Shown here: positions 49,751-57,358 of the stretch, piece by piece
Layout of the letters: each line of letters opens with the position of its first letter
Position numbering within the stretch: the first letter of the stretch is position 1
Assembly: GCA_034120015.1 (NCBI GenBank)
Contig: JAXEIF010000011.1
Location: 5,766-69,765 of the forward strand
DNA length: 64,000 nucleotides
Origin: Spirochaetia bacterium
Lineage (GTDB): Bacteria; Spirochaetota; Spirochaetia; JAFGXN01
Direction of reading: 5' to 3'
The notes under the pieces: model-generated
What the model saw: only the letters and a program-made list of their open reading frames with translations
The model's database searches: none
Told to the model about the DNA's origin: nothing
Translations under genes and position numbers: made by a program

Positions 49751-51186
49751 AAATCCCCCTTTTGCCGAAAGTAAGCCAGCAAATCCGTTCCGATGCCGTT
49801 GTTGTTGCCTGCTCCCATCGTCACAAACAAATCCCCCGGCTGCAAAACGGTCTTCAAAAAAGCCGTTGCTTCGACGAATTCAGCCTTGTAATACACACAC
49901 GGATGACGTTTGGCGGTTTCTTCGTAAAGTGTTTTGCCGGTAATGTGTCCCGCCGTCTCCCGTGCGGAAGCGTAAATTTTGTTCAAAACAACCATATCGG
50001 CCGCTCCGAATGCGGAAGCAAACTCATCCAACAGCCGCTCCGTTCGGGAATAGGTGTGTGACATAAAATCGACAATCAGCCGTTTCGGTCGGTAAAAAGC
50101 CTTATACCCTTCCAATGTAGTACGAATCGCGGTGGGATGGTGGGCGTAGTCATCCATAAACAGAATTCCTCCTGCCTCCCCGATCCGCTCGGTCCGCCGC
50201 CGGCAGCCGGAAAAAGACTCCAGACCGGAAGCCGCTTTTTCCTGCATGACATCATCGAAAGAACAGCCTTCACGTTCGAGAAACAGGGAAATCAGCGCCA
50301 AAGCAGCCGTTGCATTCAAAATAAAATGATGTCCCGGCAGCCGCAGCCGCCACTCCCTGTCTCCCGAAAAGGCCAAACGGAAGCGGTTGATGCCGCACCC
50401 TTCTTCGTTATCGGAAATCCGAAACGGACCGTCGGCTTTCAATCCGTAAGGCACAAGCCGAAGCGCCGGACGGGCGGCAGCAATCATTGCTGCCGTTTCC
50501 GTCGCACCCGGATCGTCGGCGCAGAAAACAACCGCACCGTTGTCGGGCAGTTTCTCCGCCAGTTCGATAAAAGCCGAGCGAATATCGCTGTAATCTTTAA
50601 AATAGTCGGGATGGTCTTCCTCGACACTGGTCAGGATCATAAATGTCGGATCGAAAGCCAGAAAATGGCGGCGGTATTCGCACGTCTCCGCGATAAAAAA
50701 ACGGTTCCCCCCGGTCCATGTGCATCGGTTCTTCAAATCGGCTGCACCGGATCCGATCAGCACCGATCCGTCAAGTCCCATGGCTTTAACCAGAGAGGCG
50801 CATAAAGCCGATGTCGTTGTTTTGCCGTGAACACCGGCCACAGCAGCCGACGGCTGCAGTTTCGAAAGGCGCCCCAACGCTTCCGGATAAGTCAGGCACG
50901 GAATCCCCAAACGGTGCGCTTCGGCCAAATCGGCCGCAGTCTGAGGAGTATATGCCGCAGAATAAACCGCTTCGTCAAAAGTTTCGTCGATATGAATCCG
51001 ATCCATTCCTTCAAAAAAAGGAATCCCGAGTTCCGATAAAATTCCGTCCGTATAAAAACGTTCGGTACCGTCGACACCGCCGACAACCGCACCCGCTTTC
51101 CGGTACAATTCGGCCAAGGCCGTCATCCCGGTTCCCTTTATGCCGATGAAAAAAATTTTTTTTCCTTTTAAAGAAAGAGCACCCAT
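49747..51186 (-). CDS. murC: Mur ligase, most likely UDP-N-acetylmuramate--L-alanine ligase (MurC; Mpl not excluded)
   Basis: IFFIGIKGTGMTALAE N-terminal Rossmann, GTHGKTTT, and the Mur ligase central and C-terminal domains. Confidence 0.7.
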   Translation of the reverse strand: MGALSLKGKKIFFIGIKGTGMTALAELYRKAGAVVGGVDGTERFYTDGILSELGIPFFEGMDRIHIDETFDEAVYSAAYTPQTAADLAEAHRLGIPCLTYPEALGRLSKLQPSAAVAGVHGKTTTSALCASLVKAMGLDGSVLIGSGAADLKNRCTWTGGNRFFIAETCEYRRHFLAFDPTFMILTSVEEDHPDYFKDYSDIRSAFIELAEKLPDNGAVVFCADDPGATETAAMIAAARPALRLVPYGLKADGPFRISDNEEGCGINRFRLAFSGDREWRLRLPGHHFILNATAALALISLFLEREGCSFDDVMQEKAASGLESFSGCRRRTERIGEAGGILFMDDYAHHPTAIRTTLEGYKAFYRPKRLIVDFMSHTYSRTERLLDEFASAFGAADMVVLNKIYASARETAGHITGKTLYEETAKRHPCVYYKAEFVEATAFLKTVLQPGDLFVTMGAGNNNGIGTDLLAYFRQKGDL

Positions 51187-51267
51187 GACACTATTTTATC
51201 TTTTTTTACTGCCTTTTTCAACTCTGAAACAAAAGAGAAAAACAGCTTTCCTTTCCTTCCCGATTCA

Positions 51268-51276
51268 TGCTAAAAT
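51268..51276 (+). promoter_or_regulatory. Extended -10 element TGcTAAAAT ending 6 nt before the yihY ATG (leaderless candidate)
   Basis: TG at 51268-51269, TAAAAT at 51271-51276, ATG at 51283. Confidence 0.35.
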
Positions 51277-51282
51277 GAAGCT

Positions 51283-52500
51283 ATGGAAAATGAAACCCGC
51301 AAATGGACCAATGAACATCCCCGGCTGAGCAGTCTGTACGAATTTATCAAATCGGTTATTATCGAATTTTATAAAGACAACGGCTTTATTGCCTCTTCGA
51401 GTCTGGTCTACTCAACCCTGATGTCGCTGGTCCCTTTTCTGGCCGTTCTGACAGCACTGTTCGCCGCTTTCGGCGGAATCGATATTCTGAAAGCCAATTA
51501 CGCCGACTGGTTCCGTCTGTTCGATCCGCCGATGCAGCAGAAAATTATCGGTCTGATAAACGGATTTGTCAGCAACTCCCGCTCTCTCGGCGTCGTCGGT
51601 ATTATTTCTTTTCTTGTTACATCGGTTTTTCTGATGAATAAAATCTGGGCTGTCTTCAATTCGATTTTCCGAAGTACATCGCAAAGATCTCAATTTAAAC
51701 AGTTTGCCAGCTATCTAACCAACCTTGTTCTCGGTACCATTCTCATCAGCCTTTCGATCAGTATTTCGACACTGATGAAAACCTTTCTGCCCCGCTTTTC
51801 CGATATTCAGCAGGTACACGGACTCCTCTTCTTTCTGATTCCGATCCTGATTATCTTTCTGGTCCTTTTTCTGCTGCTCAAAACGATTCCCGCCACCAAA
51901 GTCTATTATTCGTCGGCAGCCTTCGGCGCCCTGTTCGGAACGCTTTTTTGGCAAATCATCAACGCTGTCTTTCAGAATACGTCGGTTTTTCTGACAAAAA
52001 ATACCACGATTTACGGTTCTTTTGCCTTCCTTTTTATTTTTCTGCTCTGGATTTATTTTCTATGGGTCGGGATTCTGCTGTCGGTTGAGATTGCCTACGT
52101 GCATCAGTACGGGGTTTACCGTACCCGAAGACGGAAACTGGATTCACCGGCCTATACTGTCTCCCTGGCGGCCGCCGTGATGCAGACAGTCTGCCGTAAA
52201 TTTAAGGAAGGTAACGGCATCTGTTATTTTAACGAAATCTGCCTGCGCCTACAGGTTCCCGACCGCGATGTTTCGCGCATCGTGACTCTGTTGGAAAACC
52301 ACCGTTTTCTGATTCGCGGCGACAGCCTGAAATGGGGCTATATTCCCGGCCGCATGATTGACGACATTTCAATGGAAGAATTTATCCGCACGGTTTTCGG
52401 CGAAGTACCGGAAATTATTTCCGGGAATATCGCCGATACGCTGCTGGAAAACGGAATCTCCGCTTTTAAAGGGAAATCGGTACTCGACACCCTTTTTTAA
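51283..52500 (+). CDS. yihY: YihY/BrkB family membrane protein (virulence factor BrkB/RNase BN-like)
   Basis: SSLVYSTLMSLVPFLAVL, six TM helices, cytoplasmic C-terminal domain. Confidence 0.8.
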   Translation: MENETRKWTNEHPRLSSLYEFIKSVIIEFYKDNGFIASSSLVYSTLMSLVPFLAVLTALFAAFGGIDILKANYADWFRLFDPPMQQKIIGLINGFVSNSRSLGVVGIISFLVTSVFLMNKIWAVFNSIFRSTSQRSQFKQFASYLTNLVLGTILISLSISISTLMKTFLPRFSDIQQVHGLLFFLIPILIIFLVLFLLLKTIPATKVYYSSAAFGALFGTLFWQIINAVFQNTSVFLTKNTTIYGSFAFLFIFLLWIYFLWVGILLSVEIAYVHQYGVYRTRRRKLDSPAYTVSLAAAVMQTVCRKFKEGNGICYFNEICLRLQVPDRDVSRIVTLLENHRFLIRGDSLKWGYIPGRMIDDISMEEFIRTVFGEVPEIISGNIADTLLENGISAFKGKSVLDTLF

Positions 52501-54137
52501 ATCGAAAGTGCATTGTGGGTATTTTTGTACATTTTATCGCGCAGAGCCCGAATCTCTTCGCTGGCCAGATAATCATCGAGACTCATCATTCTGTCAATGA
52601 TGCCTGTCGGAGTCAGTTCGATAATCCGGTTGGCAACGGTATTGACAAACTGATGATCGTGTGAATTGAAGATAATGACTTCGGGAAAATCTCTGAGTGC
52701 GTTGTTCAGTGCCGTAATCGATTCGAGATCGAGGTGGTTGGTCGGTTCGTCGAATATCAATACATTGGCACCGGAAAGCATCATTTTGGACAGCATACAG
52801 CGCACCTTCTCTCCTCCGCTGAGCACTTTAACTTTTTTAAGCGATTCTTCACCGGAAAAAAGCATCCGTCCCAGGAAACTGCGGATGTAAGCATCATCCT
52901 GATTTTCGGGCGAATACTGCCGCAGCCAGTCGGTAATCGACAAATCGCAGTCAAAGTAAGAGGTATTATCTTTCGGAAAGTAGGCAGTTTTAATGGTGAC
53001 ACCCCATGTGTAACTGCCGGCATCGGCTTTCTCTTCTCCTGTGATAATTTTAAAAAATTCGGTTTTGGCAGCGTGATTGGTTCCGATAAACGCAATCTTA
53101 TCGCCGTTGTTGACCGTCAGAGTAAAGTTGTCGAGCAGTTTCTCCCCTTCGACCGTTTTGCACAATTTTTCCGCCTTTAAAATTTCTTTTCCGCATTCGC
53201 GGTCGGCTTTAAAATTGATATACGGAAATTTTCTCGACGAAGCCTGCAAATCTTCGACTGTCAGTTTTTCGATCAGCTTTTTGCGGCTGGTAGCCTGTTT
53301 CGACTTGGCGGCATTGGAAGAGAACCGCTGAATGAACTGTTTGAGTTCGGCAATCTTTTCGTCGTTTTTGCGCTTCAAATCTTTCATCTGTTTTTGGATA
53401 ATCCGGCTGCACTCATACCAGAAATCATAGTTTCCGACAAAGAGCTTCATTTTACCGAAATCGATATCGACGATATGGGTACAGACCGTATTGAGAAAGT
53501 GCCGGTCGTGAGAGACAACAATGACGGTGTTGTCAAAATGCATGAGAAAATCTTCCAGCCACGCAATCGACTCGAGATCGAGGTGGTTGGTCGGCTCGTC
53601 AAGCAGCAGAATATCGGGATTACCGAACAGAGCCTGCGCCAGCAAAACACGCACTTTCTGACCGCCTTCCAGTTCCGCCATCTTTTTTGCGTGAAAACTT
53701 TCCGGGATTCCCAAACCGGAGAGCAGAACGGCAGCATTGCTTTCCGCTTCCCATCCGCCCATTTCGGCAAACTCCGTTTCCAGATCGGCAGCCCTCAAAC
53801 CGTCTTCATCGGAAAAATCCTCTTTCATATAGATTGCATCTTTTTCCTTCATCACACTGTAAAGCCGCTCATATCCCATAATCACCGTGTCGAGAACCGT
53901 TTCTTTATCGTATGCAAAGTGATCCTGTTTTAAAACCGCCAGACGTTCCCCCGGTGTCACAAAAATTTCACCTTTATCGGAATCGATTTCTCCGGACAAA
54001 ATCTTCAAAAAAGTCGATTTCCCGGCACCGTTGGCTCCGATAATGCCGTAACAGTTGCCCGGTGTGAATTTGAGATTGACATCTTTAAACAGAACACGCT
54101 CTCCGAACGAAAGCGATAAATCGGTCACAGTCAGCAT
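52497..54137 (-). CDS. ABC-F family ATPase (two tandem ABC domains, no TMD). Start at MLTVTDLSL with RBS AAGGAG.
   Basis: Two Walker A motifs (GANGAGKST / GTNHAAKTEF-like second domain), two LSGGE/LSGGQ signatures, and an interdomain linker. Confidence 0.85.
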   Translation of the reverse strand: MLTVTDLSLSFGERVLFKDVNLKFTPGNCYGIIGANGAGKSTFLKILSGEIDSDKGEIFVTPGERLAVLKQDHFAYDKETVLDTVIMGYERLYSVMKEKDAIYMKEDFSDEDGLRAADLETEFAEMGGWEAESNAAVLLSGLGIPESFHAKKMAELEGGQKVRVLLAQALFGNPDILLLDEPTNHLDLESIAWLEDFLMHFDNTVIVVSHDRHFLNTVCTHIVDIDFGKMKLFVGNYDFWYECSRIIQKQMKDLKRKNDEKIAELKQFIQRFSSNAAKSKQATSRKKLIEKLTVEDLQASSRKFPYINFKADRECGKEILKAEKLCKTVEGEKLLDNFTLTVNNGDKIAFIGTNHAAKTEFFKIITGEEKADAGSYTWGVTIKTAYFPKDNTSYFDCDLSITDWLRQYSPENQDDAYIRSFLGRMLFSGEESLKKVKVLSGGEKVRCMLSKMMLSGANVLIFDEPTNHLDLESITALNNALRDFPEVIIFNSHDHQFVNTVANRIIELTPTGIIDRMMSLDDYLASEEIRALRDKMYKNTHNALSI

Positions 54138-54348
54138 GACAGACTCCTTGCGTGGAATTTTTTCGATTATAGCCGAAAACCGCGCTTTTTTCAAGACGGA
54201 GCGGAAACAGGAAGCCGCTGACCGTCCGTTCTTGCCGAATACATTTTTCCAAAGACTGTTGACTTTTCCGGTTAAAGGTGATACAAACACTCTTCCGAGC
54301 GTTATCGTTATGATACGCTCTTTTTTGTTTTAAAAAAGGAGAAAAGCG

Positions 54349-54762
54349 ATGAAACAGAAAAACGGAATGTTAAAATTGAAAGATTTAGCCGACATCACGG
54401 TTCGTCCGTGGAATCCGGGAATGAGAAGCGATTCGGGGCGATTCCCGTATATCGGTCTCAAAGGAGAAGGCGGATTCTGCGATACCGCCAATTTTGATGC
54501 CGATTCGATTATTGTGACACGTTTCGGCAGCGGCAGCGGGCGTGTTTTCTATTTTTCCGAACCGGGATACGCTTCCGGCTGCATCGTTCTGAGAGGGAAA
54601 ACTCCGGACGGGACACGCTTTCTTTACCGTTATCTGAAAAAACGGGCCTGTCCGCAGGCGTCCGTTTCCCCGGGAAGTTCGGTTCCGCAAATTACGGTAA
54701 AAGCCGCAGAAAATTTCAAAATCGATATTCCGTTCATGAACGGAATGAACAGCCGTCCGTAA
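54349..54762 (+). CDS. Orphan type I restriction-modification specificity-subunit (HsdS) target-recognition-domain-like ORF. It is either a TRD-only remnant or a small stand-alone protein.
   Basis: 137 aa. The pattern ...GSGSGRVFYF...CIVLRGK...FLYRYLK...SPGSSVPQITVKAAENFKIDIP matches an HsdS TRD. It lacks the conserved coiled-coil spacer regions. Strong RBS AAGGAG. No hsdM or hsdR in the window. Confidence 0.5.
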   Translation: MKQKNGMLKLKDLADITVRPWNPGMRSDSGRFPYIGLKGEGGFCDTANFDADSIIVTRFGSGSGRVFYFSEPGYASGCIVLRGKTPDGTRFLYRYLKKRACPQASVSPGSSVPQITVKAAENFKIDIPFMNGMNSRP

Positions 54763-54800
54763 CATTCAGAGAGAGGAAAGCACGGTCGGTTCGGATCAGG

Positions 54801-54838
54801 ATTGAAAAAAATCAGTACCGGACGGCAGGATGCGGTAC
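54801..54838 (-). terminator. Rho-independent terminator for the rhodanese/zinc-ribbon unit (weaker on the + strand)
   Basis: On the minus strand: CCGTACCG-catcctgccgtc-CGGTAC followed by TGATTTTTTT. The stem overlaps the last codons of the zinc-ribbon ORF. Confidence 0.55.
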
Positions 54839-54988
54839 GGTTTTGCGGCTGCTGCATTGGGGGCATGCCGGCGAAGCCGGTTTGACAAAAAACATGCTAC
54901 GGGGAACTTTCGCTTCAAACGTCCGACCGCATTGGATGCAAAGATACAGCCGGGACTCTCCCGACTGCGGAGAGCGAATAAACGACAT
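54812..54988 (-). CDS. Unannotated 58-aa FmdB-type zinc-ribbon protein (below the ORF-track length cutoff)
   Basis: Own translation: MSFIRSPQSGESRLYLCIQCGRTFEAKVPRSMFFVKPASPACPQCSSRKTVPHPAVRY. CxxC...CPxCxS arrangement and TFEA motif as in Zn-ribbon_8/FmdB. RBS GGGAGG 8 nt upstream. 22 nt downstream of the rhodanese stop. Terminator at the stop codon. Confidence 0.6.
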   Translation of the reverse strand: MSFIRSPQSGESRLYLCIQCGRTFEAKVPRSMFFVKPASPACPQCSSRKTVPHPAVRY

Positions 54989-55010
54989 CAATCATTCCTC
55001 CCGACAGAAA

Positions 55011-55364
55011 TTATTTTTCCAACGGAAAAGCCTCTGTAAAACCGGAATACATAAGACCGCCCATGTTGTAAACCTCTTCATATCCGAGACGCTTCATTTG
55101 GCGGACGGCGGATCCGGCACGGGCTCCGCTGTAACAGTAAATATACACAGGAGTCTTTCTGTCGGGAACTCTCGATTCGATTTCTTCCGCAATTTTATAA
55201 TCGGGAATATGAACCGCTCCGTGCACATGCCCTTCATTAAACTCATCCGTGCTGCGAACGTCCAAAATGACCGATTGCGAATGACTGCGAATCATTTTCG
55301 GAAAATCACCGACAGGTATCCGTTTCCCGCAGAAAAAAGAAACAACTTTACTGAAAATATCCAT
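55011..55364 (-). CDS. Single-domain rhodanese sulfurtransferase
   Basis: ILDVRSTDEFNEGHVHGAVHIP...IYCYSGARAG with active-site Cys. Confidence 0.85.
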   Translation of the reverse strand: MDIFSKVVSFFCGKRIPVGDFPKMIRSHSQSVILDVRSTDEFNEGHVHGAVHIPDYKIAEEIESRVPDRKTPVYIYCYSGARAGSAVRQMKRLGYEEVYNMGGLMYSGFTEAFPLEK

Positions 55365-55450
55365 ACTTTACTTTTCCTATTTATTTATATTATAATGATT
55401 CAGTATACAGAAAACAGAAAGAAATAACAACCGTTCACGGGGATTTCCTT

Positions 55451-56527
55451 ATGAAAAACAGAAGAATACTTTTTATACTGATATTATTTTTGGAACTGAC
55501 CGCCTGTGATCTTCGCAAAACCGTCGGCAGCGGTGAAGAAAGCCCGTTACAACCGCCGGCGCCGGTAACATTCGATCCGCTGACAGAGATGTTTCCCGCC
55601 GGACTTTACTACGGCCGAACGCTTCTGACTCCGGAGGAACAAAATGCCTACGACTTCATTTTAAAATCATTTCTGACCGAACCGGTCACCGATGAACGGA
55701 AATCGACAACACAAATCATTGTCAGATTAAAAGAAAACGGCTTCCCGCTGACCGAAGCTCAGGTCGTTAAAATTTTTGATTTTATTTCCAAAGACGACCC
55801 GCGAACGGCACTGCTGACTTCGAGTGTTCTTCCGCGTCGTTCAAACAACATCGGAGACACTTACAACCCTTCGGGAACCGCTATTGCCGACGAAGCCCGG
55901 TTTGACAATGCTTTCAAAGGAATGACTCTCGGCACTTTTTGGGAAACGTTCCACAAATCGCAAACTGCCGAAATGGAAACCCGCATTCAACCGATTCTGG
56001 ATACCGTCAACAAAAATATGACCGAAGCACAGAAAGTCAGAGCTCTTCATGATGCTTTTTTGGCAACCGTGACTTACGGCACCGCCAATTCCCGCGGTGA
56101 CGGCAACCTGAGAGGAGCATTTCTGAATCCTCTTAACAATCCCGAAACCGAAGTCCGTTATGTGGTCTGTCAGGGATACGCCGTTTCGTTTCAGTACCTG
56201 CTGATGCGTTGCGGCATTCCCGCCATCACCGTCACCGGAACGGCACTTTCGACTCCGGGAGATCCGAATACGAAAGGATCTCATGCCTGGAATAAGGTCT
56301 GCATTGACGAAAACTGGTATCTGGTCGACCCCACTCATGACGATTCTCTTGTCTGGAACAGCCCGACCTGCCGCTACGACTATTTTCTCAAAGCCGACGG
56401 ATCGGTTCCGACTCACGAAGAAGGTGTGCTTCCCGACGGATCGAAAACCGGCTACCCTGTTTTCCCGAAGACTGCCGAAAGCGATTTTCCTCTTAATCAG
56501 ACGGTTCGGAGCGGAGATTCGCAATAA
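55451..56527 (+). CDS. Transglutaminase-like (Cys-His-Asp) putative cysteine peptidase lipoprotein
   Basis: Lipobox LELTAC. CQGYAVSFQYLLMRCGIPAITVTG...GSHAWNKVCIDENWYLVDPTHDD. Confidence 0.8.
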   Translation: MKNRRILFILILFLELTACDLRKTVGSGEESPLQPPAPVTFDPLTEMFPAGLYYGRTLLTPEEQNAYDFILKSFLTEPVTDERKSTTQIIVRLKENGFPLTEAQVVKIFDFISKDDPRTALLTSSVLPRRSNNIGDTYNPSGTAIADEARFDNAFKGMTLGTFWETFHKSQTAEMETRIQPILDTVNKNMTEAQKVRALHDAFLATVTYGTANSRGDGNLRGAFLNPLNNPETEVRYVVCQGYAVSFQYLLMRCGIPAITVTGTALSTPGDPNTKGSHAWNKVCIDENWYLVDPTHDDSLVWNSPTCRYDYFLKADGSVPTHEEGVLPDGSKTGYPVFPKTAESDFPLNQTVRSGDSQ

Positions 56528-56548
56528 CAGAGAGTCCGAACCTCTTCT

Positions 56549-57223
56549 TTACGGCAGATCCGACGGGTTCTTTTCCGCAAACCCGTCAAAGGTAGCGCTC
56601 CAGCTCCCGTTAACGACGGAAATATAAAACAACGCTTTATCGGTATGAACGGACGGATCGTAGCGATCCCAGGGAATGACAAACTGCTGCGTACTTCTGT
56701 CATACACAATCTGATCCCCGAACGAAAAAACCAAATACACACTTGCGCTCGCGCTACCGGTGCGTTGGGGTTTAACCCAAAGACCTTCATGTCCGACATA
56801 GTGATCGATTCCGGAATCGTACCTGGCAATTCTTTCATTCGAAGCTCCCGGACCGCCTCCGTACTTAACAATGAAACCATACGGGAAATAATAGGAAGGC
56901 GGATAAGTAACCCGTCCGTCGATGAGAGTCCCTGATGTACCGAGGGCATCATACTGGTAATCCAACTGACGCATTTCCCGGTGCTGAGCACTTTTATACA
57001 ATCCTCCGCTGTCGTCATGCAGGTCGAAGCGAACCTGTATATACACTTTTTCGGGCAAGGGAATTTCCGGTTCGGGCGGCGGGTTTTCGCCTTCACCGCC
57101 GGACGAAGACCCGTCAATTGTAATTCCATCCAAACCGTCAAGCACGAATTCCCAGTCGGGACAACCGGCAAAAACGAAGAGAAAGGAGGCAAACAGAAAA
57201 GGAAAACGGAAATTCCGACTCAT
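56549..57223 (-). CDS. Hypothetical lipoprotein (Gly/Pro-rich linker after the lipobox)
   Basis: MSRNFRFPFLFASFLFVFAGC lipobox, then ...SSSGGEGENPPPEPEIP linker. No family recognised. Confidence 0.55.
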   Translation of the reverse strand: MSRNFRFPFLFASFLFVFAGCPDWEFVLDGLDGITIDGSSSGGEGENPPPEPEIPLPEKVYIQVRFDLHDDSGGLYKSAQHREMRQLDYQYDALGTSGTLIDGRVTYPPSYYFPYGFIVKYGGGPGASNERIARYDSGIDHYVGHEGLWVKPQRTGSASASVYLVFSFGDQIVYDRSTQQFVIPWDRYDPSVHTDKALFYISVVNGSWSATFDGFAEKNPSDLP

Positions 57224-57323
57224 AACTGTCCTCTGTTTTTATTTTACCCGATCGATTTTGTTTTGACAACCGTCTTTTTTATTTTATGAGACCATTTCTT
57301 TTCCGACTCTGACATCTTTCAAT

Positions 57324-57352
57324 TTGACATTCGGCCGATTTTAAACTACAAT
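57324..57352 (+). promoter_or_regulatory. Candidate promoter TTGACA-17-TACAAT ending 6 nt before the rarA ATG (leaderless candidate)
   Basis: TTGACA 57324-57329, TACAAT 57347-57352, ATG 57359. No RBS is possible in the 6-nt gap. Confidence 0.5.
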
Positions 57353-57358
57353 AACCCC

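Noticed and set aside
54843-55427. 194-aa plus-strand ORF covering the rhodanese gene in antisense
   Set aside because: The rhodanese has a perfect active-site loop. The antisense ORF has no features and would straddle the divergent promoter region.
56497-57192. 231-aa ORF in another frame overlapping the 56549-57223 lipoprotein
   Set aside because: The alternative frame lacks a signal peptide and reads as low-complexity sequence. The chosen frame has a clean lipobox and start context.
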